64,000 bases of DNA. Source: an uncultured Spirochaetota bacterium (lineage in GTDB: Bacteria; Spirochaetota; Brevinematia; Brevinematales; JAOACQ01). The notes under the pieces are model-generated. The model searched no databases, was not told the DNA's origin, and saw only the letters and a list, made by a program, of their open reading frames with translations. This document shows positions 10,389 to 19,381 of this stretch, one piece after another; position 1 is the first letter of the stretch, and each line of letters begins with the position of its first letter. The stretch covers positions 256,001 to 320,000 of the forward strand of contig CAWIGG010000003.1 in assembly GCA_963835575.1 (NCBI GenBank), written 5' to 3'. The translations under genes and the position numbers were made by a program.

Positions 10389-11021
10389 ATGGAAATGACT
10401 GTTTTCATGACTGACGATGAAATTACCAGGCTCCTGCGGTCATTCAACCCCAGGATGACGAACGGGATCATGTACAACGCCGTGATCCGGCTCATGGGTT
10501 TCTGCGGCCTCCGGGCTTCCGAAGTTATCGGACATGAAAAACGAGAGGGGGGCGGCCTCCGGATCCGGGACATTGATCTCACTTCCGGAGAAATTACAAT
10601 CCGGGACGCAAAGGACACCAGGGCGAAAGAAAAACGGCAGAAGAAGAACAAAACAGGGCGAGTAGTTTTCGCCCAGGGGGAAACCCTCGAGGCCATGCGC
10701 ACCTGGTGGACAAAAACAAGATCCTCCCTACCCGGCCAGGCTCCGGAAGATTATTTTTTCTGTAACCGGTTCGGGAGGAAAATAAACAACAGTCAGCTGA
10801 GGAGGGCTTTTCGTATATACGGGAACAAGGCCGGGATCCCGCAAGAAAAGCGGCATCCCCATGCATTACGTCATTCAGCCGGTACGAGGTTTTACAAGGT
10901 TACAAAAGACCTGCTTATAACACAAAAAATACTCGGTCATGCAAACGCTCATGAAACCGTCCGTTATGCCCATGTGTCCGGCGCTGACATCGAGGAAACG
11001 ATGAAAAGGGTATTGGGATAA
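10389..11021 (+). CDS. Short (about 210 aa) FimB/TnpI-like tyrosine recombinase, full-length copy 2
   Basis: FMTDDEITRLL N-terminus, GLRASE, HPHALRH, LGH, TVRY; GAGG RBS before ATG 10389. Confidence 0.92.
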   Translation: MEMTVFMTDDEITRLLRSFNPRMTNGIMYNAVIRLMGFCGLRASEVIGHEKREGGGLRIRDIDLTSGEITIRDAKDTRAKEKRQKKNKTGRVVFAQGETLEAMRTWWTKTRSSLPGQAPEDYFFCNRFGRKINNSQLRRAFRIYGNKAGIPQEKRHPHALRHSAGTRFYKVTKDLLITQKILGHANAHETVRYAHVSGADIEETMKRVLG

Positions 11022-11062
11022 TTTAAAGGCTCTGGATAAGCCGTTAAGGGGGGGGGGAGAAA

Positions 11063-11524
11063 ATGGATATTTTTGAAGCGGCTCGCAATGGCAATGTTGC
11101 GTTTATTAAGAGTTATAAAGGTGATATCAACGCGGTGAATAAAGATAGCTGGACGGCTTTGATGTGTGCAGTCTACCAGGGCAATCTGGACGCTGTCAAA
11201 GCATTGATCGAGGCTAAGGCTAATGTCAGCGCTGTGGATATAAACGGCAGGACGGCTTTGCATGAGGCGGCTCTGTGGAGGTTCGCTGATGCGGTTAAGG
11301 TATTGATTGAGGCAAAAGCCGATGTCAACGCTGTGGATAAATGGGGCTGGACACCTTTGTTTGAGGCAGCTCGCATTGGTCAAACAGACACGGTTAAAGT
11401 ATTGATCGAGGCAAAAGCCAATGTTAACGCGAAAGATACAAACGGTAAGACGGCTTTGATGCTCGCGACTGTATGTGAGCGCATGGACGTGGTTACAGAA
11501 TTAAAAAAAGCTGGCGCGGAATAG
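11063..11524 (+). CDS. Ankyrin-repeat protein (N-cap plus 4 repeats)
   Basis: 33-aa repeats GxTAL..A...G..D.VK.LI.A.A.VN; G10 tract upstream. Confidence 0.93.
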   Translation: MDIFEAARNGNVAFIKSYKGDINAVNKDSWTALMCAVYQGNLDAVKALIEAKANVSAVDINGRTALHEAALWRFADAVKVLIEAKADVNAVDKWGWTPLFEAARIGQTDTVKVLIEAKANVNAKDTNGKTALMLATVCERMDVVTELKKAGAE

Positions 11525-11610
11525 ACGGTTTCTGGACCAGAGTGACGGACTCAAAACGTGAATCCTACGTAATTCTAACAAGGGATTCCTTTTAAATAAC
11601 ACTTTGACGA

Positions 11611-11640
11611 TTGACATTTACATCTCAAAACAGGTAAGAT
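11611..11640 (+). promoter_or_regulatory. sigma70-like promoter
   Basis: TTGACA-N18-TAAGAT upstream of the ankyrin gene at 11674. Confidence 0.5.
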
Positions 11641-11673
11641 TATTGAGTCTTTGAAATTGAAGAAGGTTAGGGA

Positions 11674-12135
11674 ATGGGTATTTTTGAAGCGGCTCGCAAT
11701 GGCGATGTTGCTTTTATTAAGAGTTATAAAGGAGATATCAACATCGTGGATAATGTCGGTATGACGGCTTTGATGTGGGCGACTAACTATGGCCACACGG
11801 ACGCGATTAAAGCATTGATCAAGGCCAAGGCTAATTTAAACGCGACGGCTAAAGACGGCTCGACGGCTTTAATGATAGCGGCCTCCTATAGGCATACGGA
11901 TGCGGTTAAAGTTCTGATCAAGGCCGGGGCCAATTTAAACGCAGCAGATGAAAGGGGTTTGACGGCTTTGATGGATGCGGTCCTTGAGGGAACAACGGAC
12001 TCTGTTGAAGTATTGATCGCAGCTAAGGCCGATGTCAACATGGCGGATATTTACAGCAATACGGCTTTGCTAATTGCAAAAGCAAATAAATATAAAGATA
12101 TAATCAAGCTCTTGAAAGAAGCAGAGGCAAAATAA
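11674..12135 (+). CDS. Ankyrin-repeat protein (N-cap plus 4 repeats)
   Basis: Same N-cap MGIFEAARNGDVAFIKSYKGDIN; ankyrin consensus. Confidence 0.93.
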   Translation: MGIFEAARNGDVAFIKSYKGDINIVDNVGMTALMWATNYGHTDAIKALIKAKANLNATAKDGSTALMIAASYRHTDAVKVLIKAGANLNAADERGLTALMDAVLEGTTDSVEVLIAAKADVNMADIYSNTALLIAKANKYKDIIKLLKEAEAK

Positions 12136-12182
12136 ACGATATGTTAAACGGTAAAGTCTCTTACCGGGTAGAAGGTTAGAAA

Positions 12183-12446
12183 ATGGACATTTATGAAGCG
12201 GCTCGCAATGGCGATGTTGCGTTTATTAAGAGTTATAAAGGCGATGTCAACGTCGTGGATAAATGGGGCTGGACGGCTTTGTTTGAGGCGGCTTGCAATG
12301 GTCACACGGCCGCGGTTAAAGTATTGATAGAGGCAAAGGCCAATGTCAACGTGGAGGATACAAACGGTAAGACGGCTTTGATGCTTGCGACCAGATGTGG
12401 GTACATGGATGTGGTTACAGAATTAAAAAAGGCTGGCGCTAAATAG
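12183..12446 (+). CDS. Ankyrin-repeat protein (N-cap plus 2 repeats)
   Basis: Paralogue of 11063 lacking two internal repeats. Confidence 0.9.
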   Translation: MDIYEAARNGDVAFIKSYKGDVNVVDKWGWTALFEAACNGHTAAVKVLIEAKANVNVEDTNGKTALMLATRCGYMDVVTELKKAGAK

Positions 12447-12554
12447 ACAGATCCTGGGGAAGAGCCGGGATTCTGGCTGTGGACTGTTAAAAAAACCCTA
12501 CCCGTGAAATCTTGGCAATTCTAACAGGGTATTGCGTGAAAAAGCCATTAAAAG

Positions 12555-12582
12555 TTGCAAAATTTTGATGGGAGAATATAAT
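12555..12582 (+). promoter_or_regulatory. sigma70-like promoter
   Basis: TTGCAA-N16-TATAAT upstream of 12617. Confidence 0.5.
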
Positions 12583-12616
12583 TACCCGCAAAATTGAAAG
12601 TGTGGGAGGTTAGAAT

Positions 12617-13411
12617 ATGGGTGATCTTAATTCAGTGGACAAAAATAATAAAATGGTTAAAATTCCAGGTGGTACTTTCCAGATGTATTCCCAAAAGGTA
12701 ACAGTCTCATCATTTTCTATTTCAAAATTTGATATCAAGCAGGGCGAATGGGTAGAGATTATGGGAGATAATCCATCACATTTTAATGATAATCTTAATA
12801 ATCCCGTTGAAAATGTTTCATGGTATGATGCGGTTGTTTATTGCAATAAAAGGAGCATAAAAGAGGGCCTGACCCCGGTGTACTCAATCAGTGGAAGTAC
12901 CGATCCTTCCTCCTGGGGAGCAGTGCCGACTTCAATAAATTCCATCTGGAATACTGTTACCGCTGACTGGTTTACCAACGGATACCGGTTGCCTACAGAA
13001 ATGGAATGGATGTGGGCGGCCATGGGGGCCGATACGGCGAATCCGGGGCAGGTTAATCTCACCGGCTACAATAAAGTCTTTGCGGGGAGCACAGGGGCTA
13101 ATGGTATTAATGACTATGCCTGGACCAACGGCAATAGCGGAGGAACCACGCATCCGGTAGGTACTAAATTGACGAACGAGCTTGGCCTGTATAACATGAG
13201 CGGGAATGTGTGGCAGTGGTGCTGGGACTGGTATAGGAATTATCCGATGGATTCGCAAACGGATTACCGTGGAACGGCTTCGGGCACGCGCCGCGTCTTA
13301 CACGGCGGCAGTTGGTACGACGGATCGTCGTACGCTACGGTTGCCTATCGCGCCGACCGCAACCCGTTTAACCAGCTCAACAATATCGGGTTCCGTGTTG
13401 TGCGCCCCTGA
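12617..13411 (+). CDS. FGE-sulfatase (SUMF1/C-type lectin fold) domain protein, possible DGR target
   Basis: PVENVSWYDA, RLPTEMEW, NELGLYNMSGNVWQW, GGSW, IGFRVVR. Confidence 0.9.
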   Translation: MGDLNSVDKNNKMVKIPGGTFQMYSQKVTVSSFSISKFDIKQGEWVEIMGDNPSHFNDNLNNPVENVSWYDAVVYCNKRSIKEGLTPVYSISGSTDPSSWGAVPTSINSIWNTVTADWFTNGYRLPTEMEWMWAAMGADTANPGQVNLTGYNKVFAGSTGANGINDYAWTNGNSGGTTHPVGTKLTNELGLYNMSGNVWQWCWDWYRNYPMDSQTDYRGTASGTRRVLHGGSWYDGSSYATVAYRADRNPFNQLNNIGFRVVRP

Positions 13412-13424
13412 GTTCTGCAGAAAT

Positions 13425-13475
13425 CGAGTCCCTTTAGCCGCGTAGGCGTCAAGCCTGAGCGGGTTAAGGGACTCG
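13425..13475. repeat. GC-rich hairpin downstream of the FGE gene
   Basis: CGAGTCCCTT...AAGGGACTCG with inner AGGC/GCCT stem; no poly-T tail. Confidence 0.7.
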
Positions 13476-13626
13476 TAAGCGAAATACACGTCGCGTTTGC
13501 GCGGCGTCGCCTTATATTGTATTGGATATAGATTTGCCATTGTTAACGCAATTTGTATCGTTTCCTTGTGGGCTAACTGGGAACACCGGAAGGTGCTTTT
13601 TTAAGCATCATACCGTAAAAATACCC

Positions 13627-14177
13627 ATGTACAACGCCGTGATCCGGCTCATGGGTTTCTGCGGCCTCCGGGCTTCCGAAGTCATCGGACATGAAAAACG
13701 AGAGGGCGGAGGACTCCGGATCCGGGATATAAACCTTACTTCCGGAGAAATTACGATCCGGGACGCAAAGGACACCAGGGTGAAAGAAAAACGGCAGAAG
13801 AAGAATAAAACAGGCCGGGTAGTTTTCGCTCAGGGAGAAACCCTCGAGGCCATGCGGACCTGGTGGATAAAAATAAGGTCCTCTCTCTCCGGCCAGGCTC
13901 CGGAAGATTATTTTTTCTGCAACCGGTTCGGGGGAAAATAAACAACAGCCAGTTGCGGAGGGCTTTTCGTATATACGGGAACAAGGCCGGGATCCCGCAA
14001 GAAAAGCGGCATCCCCATGCATTACGTCATTCGGCCGGCACGAGGTTTAATAAGGTTACAAAAGACCTGCTTATAACACAAAAAATTCTCGGACATGCTA
14101 ACGCCCATGAAACCGTTCGTTATGCCCATGTGTCCGGCGCCGATATCGAGGAAACGATGAAAAGGGTATTGGGGTAA
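13627..14177 (+). pseudogene. Short tyrosine recombinase, copy 3 (frameshifted)
   Basis: One base missing near 13930-13938 relative to copies 1 and 2; split into ORFs 13522-13941 and 13863-14177. Confidence 0.88.
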
Positions 14178-14211
14178 TTTGAAATCCCGGATAAGCCGTT
14201 AAGGGGGGGGG

Positions 14212-14274
14212 ATGGGTATTTTTGAAGCGGCTCGCAATGGCGATGTTGCGTTTATTCAGAGTTATTGGTTATAA
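14212..14274 (+). pseudogene. Ankyrin gene stub (N-cap only)
   Basis: G9 tract then MGIFEAARNGDVAFIQSY; homology ends at 14265. Confidence 0.8.
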
Positions 14275-14369
14275 TCCTATAGGTACTGACAAAAAATTGA
14301 AGCAGAAAGGCCAAGATAGAATTATTTGTCGGAAAGTTAACGGATTCAGGTATTTATTAGGGGGTATTT

Positions 14370-14708
14370 ATGATTTACACAGAAAAAGAAGTTCAGGATA
14401 TTCTAAAAAATTATTTTGGTAATAGAATTAATGAAATCTTTAAAACCGATGGTTTTAGTTTATTTTTAAAGGAGTATTACAGCAATGGAATCGGAAATAA
14501 TCCTCTAATTCTTTTTTTAAATAAAAATTATATGGAGCTTGGAATTCAAGAATATTCTTTTGCTCCCCCCAAATACACTAATTTAAATGACATAGATTTG
14601 TCTAAATGGGAATTTCCCAGAATTCATCCTATAGAAAACTGGATGTATATGAAGGAAAGTAAGATAACTAAAATAATTGGTGATCATGAAGTCATTAGGA
14701 CAAAATAA
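14370..14708 (+). CDS. Hypothetical protein
   Basis: 112-aa ORF with AGGGGG RBS. Confidence 0.6.
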   Translation: MIYTEKEVQDILKNYFGNRINEIFKTDGFSLFLKEYYSNGIGNNPLILFLNKNYMELGIQEYSFAPPKYTNLNDIDLSKWEFPRIHPIENWMYMKESKITKIIGDHEVIRTK

Positions 14709-14801
14709 AGACCGGGAAAATCACCTGGTCAAAGCTAATTGTCATATCAAACAGCGAGGTAATTTATGTCTATTTTCCAGGAAAGAAGTTGATTTAACGG
14801 T

Positions 14802-15200
14802 ATGATTGATTTAAAAAAGGCGGTTCTGTTTTCAAGTGGTGATTCTAATATTTCTTTTTTAGCAAAATGTTTGGCAGATGAGGTGAGAGCTGATTTAGTG
14901 CCTTTTATTAAAATAAATAACTGTGATTTTAATAAATATAATTTAATATTCATTGGTTTAAAAATTGAGGAAGGGAAATTAGATCCATATTATAAGAGAA
15001 TTAAATTTAAGAATAAAGATGTTCAAATATTTTATTTTTACCCGTCTGATACAAACGCATCATTTGATGCACTCGAAAAAAAACTTGTTAATAATATGAT
15101 TAAAGGTGATAAGAACTTTTATACTCCTGATTTTGATAGAAAGAAATTATGTGATAATATTCAAACTTGGGGTACTTTAGTAAGTCAATACACAGTTTAA
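14802..15200 (+). CDS. Flavodoxin-like fold protein
   Basis: VLFSSGDSN..LAK.LA and YNLIFIG pattern. Confidence 0.5.
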   Translation: MIDLKKAVLFSSGDSNISFLAKCLADEVRADLVPFIKINNCDFNKYNLIFIGLKIEEGKLDPYYKRIKFKNKDVQIFYFYPSDTNASFDALEKKLVNNMIKGDKNFYTPDFDRKKLCDNIQTWGTLVSQYTV

Positions 15201-15219
15201 AAATAAATGGGGTTAGAAA

Positions 15220-15603
15220 ATGGACGTTTTTGAAGCGGCTCGCAATGGCAAAGTTGCTTTTATTAAGAGTTATAAAGGCGATGTCAACGCCGTGACTAAA
15301 GACGGCTGGACGGCTTTGATGGAAGCGGCAGGGGAAGGGCGCATGAACATTGTCAAAGCATTGATCGCGGCGAAGGCCGACGTCAACGCGGCGGCTAAAG
15401 ACGGCTGGGCGGCTTTAATGTATGCGGCTTCAGAAGGGCAAACGAGTACAGTTAAAGCATTGATCGAGGCAGGGGCCAATATCAACGCAGCGAATAATAA
15501 AGGCGAGACGGCTTTATCGCTTGCTATTGATAATAAGCATACAGGAATTGCCAAGCTCTTGAAAGAGGGGGCAACGCAGAATTCGGAGAAAATTGTACTC
15601 TAA
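15220..15603 (+). CDS. Ankyrin-repeat protein (N-cap plus 3 repeats)
   Basis: Same N-cap; ankyrin consensus. Confidence 0.92.
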   Translation: MDVFEAARNGKVAFIKSYKGDVNAVTKDGWTALMEAAGEGRMNIVKALIAAKADVNAAAKDGWAALMYAASEGQTSTVKALIEAGANINAANNKGETALSLAIDNKHTGIAKLLKEGATQNSEKIVL

Positions 15604-15640
15604 GCCGTAGCCGATACCCCGGCCCATTGTTTGTCGGATT

Positions 15641-15859
15641 CTAATTTTTCTTCCCATTAACGGTATCTTTCATAGCTCTTCCTGGCTTGAAACATGCAGA
15701 TTTTCTGGCCGGGACTTTTACTTCTTCTCCAGTTTTAGGGTTTCTTGCAACCCTGGCTTTCCTTTGCTTTATGCCGAAAGTTCCGAATCCACGAATCTCG
15801 ATACGATTTCCAGCACCCGTATTCTCAATGGAATCCTTCAATTTATCAATGAATTTAGT
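15641..15859 (-). pseudogene. HU/IHF-family DNA-binding protein, 5'-truncated
   Basis: IEIRGFGTF, ARNPKTGE, FKPG; N-terminal helices missing. Confidence 0.8.
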
Positions 15860-16046
15860 GAACGAATAAGGGATGCGCTGTCAAGGACGGTCAATGTGAG
15901 GCCTTCAAAGGACACAACAGGCCCCCCCTTGACAGGACTTATTTAAAGCCCCTACAAAGGGTATATTTCAGGCCTATGATTGAAAATAACAACGCCATAA
16001 CAACGAGGTTCTAACCCTCACTATGTACAAAGTTACCTAAGGGCCA

Positions 16047-16337
16047 TTATAAAACAACAGCGATAATGTCGTCGCCGGAAAGGATAAGGTAATCCGCTTC
16101 TTCAATCTTGATCTGTGTTCCGGCGTACTTATCATAAATTACTTCATCCCCTACTTTCACTTCGACAGGAATAAGTTCTCCCTTGTCGTTCTTCTTTCCA
16201 GGGCCTATAGCCTCAATAACTCCGCGCTGCGTTTTTTCTTCCTGCGCGGTTTGAGGGATATAAATACCGCCTTTAGTTTTTTCTTCAGTCTTATTTACTT
16301 TGATTAAAACCCTGTTACTCAATGGTTTGACCTTCAT
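16047..16337 (-). CDS. groES: Co-chaperonin GroES
   Basis: KPLSNRV, TKGGIYIP, KYAGT. Confidence 0.97.
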   Translation of the reverse strand: MKVKPLSNRVLIKVNKTEEKTKGGIYIPQTAQEEKTQRGVIEAIGPGKKNDKGELIPVEVKVGDEVIYDKYAGTQIKIEEADYLILSGDDIIAVVL

Positions 16338-16378
16338 ATATCGCCTCCAATATAATTATTATTTTAATAAAAATAAGC

Positions 16379-18013
16379 TTAATACATATCACCCATTCCG
16401 CCGCCGCCTCCCGGAAGCATCATCGGGGCTTTTCCATTTTCAGGCTTATCGGTGATCAGCACTTCGGCTATCAAAAGCAGGCCTGCGATGGAGGCTGCGT
16501 TTTGAAGGGCGATCCTTCCGACTTTGGCAGGATCTATGATACCCGCTTTAACCATATCAACCCATTCGCCTGTTAAAGCATTATAACCGATCCCTTCTTT
16601 TGATTCCTTGGCTTTATAAACGACAACAGATCCGTCGATTCCGGCGTTGTCGGCTATCAGGCGCATAGGCGATTCGAGAGACTGGTAAATAATGTTTATT
16701 CCGACTTTCTCATCCGGGTTATCAGCTTCAATTTTAGCAACGGCTTTCTGCGCCTTGAGCATCGCAAGTCCTCCACCGGGAATGATGCCTTCTTCTATCG
16801 CGGCCCTGGTGGCGGAAAGTGCGTCTTCAACGCGAGCTTTCTTTTCTTTTAATTCAACTTCGGTAGCGGCACCAACTTTAATAATGGCAACGCCTCCGGA
16901 AAGTTTTGCGAGCCTTTCCTGGAGTTTTTCCTTGTCGTAATCTGAAGTGGTATCTTCTATCTGTTTTTTAATCTGCTTGATTCTTGCCTGTATGTCTTCT
17001 TTTTTACCGGCCCCGTCGATGATGACTGTGTTTTCTTTATCGATTTTGACTCTCCTGGCCTTTCCGAGATCGTCCAGGGTTGTGTTCTCAAGCTTCATGC
17101 CTTTTTCTTCTGAAATTACGTTGGCTTTTGTAAGAACAGCTATATCTTCAAGCATGGCTTTCCTTCTGTCTCCGAATGCGGGAGCTTTCACAGCCACGCT
17201 GTTTAATGTCCCTCTCAGCTTGTTGACAATTAAAGTGGCCAGAGCTTCTCCTTCGATATCTTCAGCGATAATAAGAAGTGTTTTACCGCTCTGGGCGATT
17301 TTCTCAAGAAGCGGGACAATCTCTTTCAGAGATGATATCTTCTTGTCATAAACCAGAATGAAAGGCTCTTCAAGTTCCGCTATCATGCTTTCAGCGTTTG
17401 TAACCATGTAAGCTGACAGATAACCTCTGTCGAACTGCATGCCTTCTACAACATCCACTAAAGTGTCCATGACCTTGGATTCTTCTACAGTTATAACCCC
17501 GTCTTTGCCTACCTTGTCCATGGCATCTGCGATATATTCGCCGATTGTCTGGTCATTATTAGCTGAAATTGACGCCACGTTGCGGATCTCTTCCCTGCCT
17601 TCAACCTTTTTTGACATCTTTTTGATCTCTTCTACAACGACTGCCACGGCTTTATCAATGCCTTTCTTGATAAGTGTGGGATTGCTGCCAGCTGTAACAT
17701 TCTTAAACCCTTCCTTAATAATTGCATGAGCGAAAACAGTGGCTGTAGTAGTGCCGTCACCAGCTATATCATTTGTTTTTGTCGCAACTTCCTTAACAAG
17801 CTGCGCTCCCATGTTCTCAAAGCGATCATCAAGTTCGATTTCCTTGGCTACGGTAACGCCGTCTTTAGTTATAGTCGGAGCACCGAATTTCTTGTCAATA
17901 ACTACATTACGACCTCTCGGGCCGAGCGTTGCACCAACCGCTTTTGAAAGTTTTTCAACACCGATTAGTAATTTTTGATGTGCTTCACTTGAAAACATCA
18001 AATCTTTTGCCAT
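16379..18013 (-). CDS. groEL: Chaperonin GroEL
   Basis: [20 protein letters not shown] tail; start moved to ATG 18013 after AGGAG. Confidence 0.98.
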   Translation of the reverse strand: MAKDLMFSSEAHQKLLIGVEKLSKAVGATLGPRGRNVVIDKKFGAPTITKDGVTVAKEIELDDRFENMGAQLVKEVATKTNDIAGDGTTTATVFAHAIIKEGFKNVTAGSNPTLIKKGIDKAVAVVVEEIKKMSKKVEGREEIRNVASISANNDQTIGEYIADAMDKVGKDGVITVEESKVMDTLVDVVEGMQFDRGYLSAYMVTNAESMIAELEEPFILVYDKKISSLKEIVPLLEKIAQSGKTLLIIAEDIEGEALATLIVNKLRGTLNSVAVKAPAFGDRRKAMLEDIAVLTKANVISEEKGMKLENTTLDDLGKARRVKIDKENTVIIDGAGKKEDIQARIKQIKKQIEDTTSDYDKEKLQERLAKLSGGVAIIKVGAATEVELKEKKARVEDALSATRAAIEEGIIPGGGLAMLKAQKAVAKIEADNPDEKVGINIIYQSLESPMRLIADNAGIDGSVVVYKAKESKEGIGYNALTGEWVDMVKAGIIDPAKVGRIALQNAASIAGLLLIAEVLITDKPENGKAPMMLPGGGGGMGDMY

Positions 18014-18394
18014 ACGATCATCTCCTATATTATTATTTAAAAATCCAACGTTGTTTAAAAAATTTAAAAGAAATATAATCAAATTTCTGTGTCATATACT
18101 TACATTTTCTCAAATTAATGTTTTCCATAGTGTCAAAAATCGATTGATTTGTTTGATTAATCCAATTAAACTTTGTAGTGCGAATTTTTGCAGGACAAAA
18201 TTAAAGGAAAGGTAAGTTGTGTTTTACTGTATTCGCATTAAGTGAGCAAGTATAGTCAGTATTTTCATTATTGTCAACAGGTCGAATTGCTTCATAATAA
18301 ATCCACTCAAAACGGAATCGTTGCCTCAAATAAAAATCCACTCCAAATTATACTAAATCCAGTTCAAAACTGCAATGGACTAGAGGATGAAATT

Positions 18395-18433
18395 GGGGTT
18401 ACCTTGGAAAAGGGAAAAAATAGTACGTCTAAG
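18395..18433 (+). repeat. Tn3-family terminal IR (39 bp, same family as the 6134/20463 MITE)
   Basis: GGGGTTACCTTGGAAAAGGGAAAAAATAGTACGTCTAAG. Confidence 0.8.
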
Positions 18434-18967
18434 GATTTTTAGAGTTAACAACATCATTCCCTATAAATATTTATAAAAATGCGTCAGATTGAAGTACACG
18501 GCCCTATGGGAGCGAAGCTGCCACCAGGGGCAAAGTAAGCTCCTCAGCCTGGCCGACCTGGTACAGCTCCAGGGAGATATCGCCTTGGTACTCGCCCAGG
18601 CTTCCGGCAGATCGGCGGAGTGCATTCGGTCGGATGAAAGCCTCATCGGGCATCGAAAGACGGCCTCACATTGACCTTATTGAGGCTCTATTTTCATAAC
18701 AGCCCTTAAAAACGGCTCTTCCCCGGACATGTCGCCATTTCCGGCCATCGCCGCCGATCGGCGAATTGATGCATCGATCGAAAAGATAGCGAAACAAGAC
18801 AATTGGGCTGATATAAGGATTCGTATAAATTATATAAATCACTTGGTTATAATTAGCAACAAGGGAATAATCATTGTAAATATTATTACTTTCGGCTTGA
18901 ATATTTGGAGAAAATGTCGTATAATTGTTTATGAAGATGTCGTAATATTATAAATGAGGTTATTATT

Positions 18968-19381
18968 ATGCCGATAGGCAATACTTTAGAAAAAAGGATA
19001 CAATACAGGATTAAAAGGAATAAAGCTTCTGTGTTTTTGCTTTCGGATTTTGCTGATTTATCAGATAAAGATCAGATTATGCGCGCATTAAAAAAGCTAA
19101 TAAACAAAAAGCTTGTTGTCAAAGTAGGGCAAGGTCTTTATACCCGAGCAAGAATATCAACAATAACGAATAATCCTATTCCTGAAAAGGATATTATATC
19201 TGTTGCCAAAGAAGCTTTAAAAAAACTTAATGTAAAAGTTGTACCATCTAATTACGATATAATGTACGAAACAGGGAAATCAACCCAGGTTCCAACTGGA
19301 AGGGTTATAACTGTTAAAAGTCGAGTGTCAAGAAAAATTGGGTTTAATGGAAACTTTATAAAATATGCCAAAGCAAATTGA
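18968..19381 (+). CDS. AbiEi/DUF6088-like antitoxin
   Basis: wHTH-like N-terminus (RALKKL..KVGQGLY) and STQVP motif; overlaps the toxin start. Confidence 0.8.
   Translation: MPIGNTLEKRIQYRIKRNKASVFLLSDFADLSDKDQIMRALKKLINKKLVVKVGQGLYTRARISTITNNPIPEKDIISVAKEALKKLNVKVVPSNYDIMYETGKSTQVPTGRVITVKSRVSRKIGFNGNFIKYAKAN

Noticed and set aside
11525..15220. Classical integron with attC cassettes
   Set aside because: The recombinase is far shorter than IntI and co-oriented with the genes. The CTAAC/GTTAG-bounded spacers lack a clear extended attC palindrome and contain their own promoters.
10389..15603. Shufflon-type inversion system
   Set aside because: All ankyrin genes in the array are on the same strand, with no inverted cassette pairs
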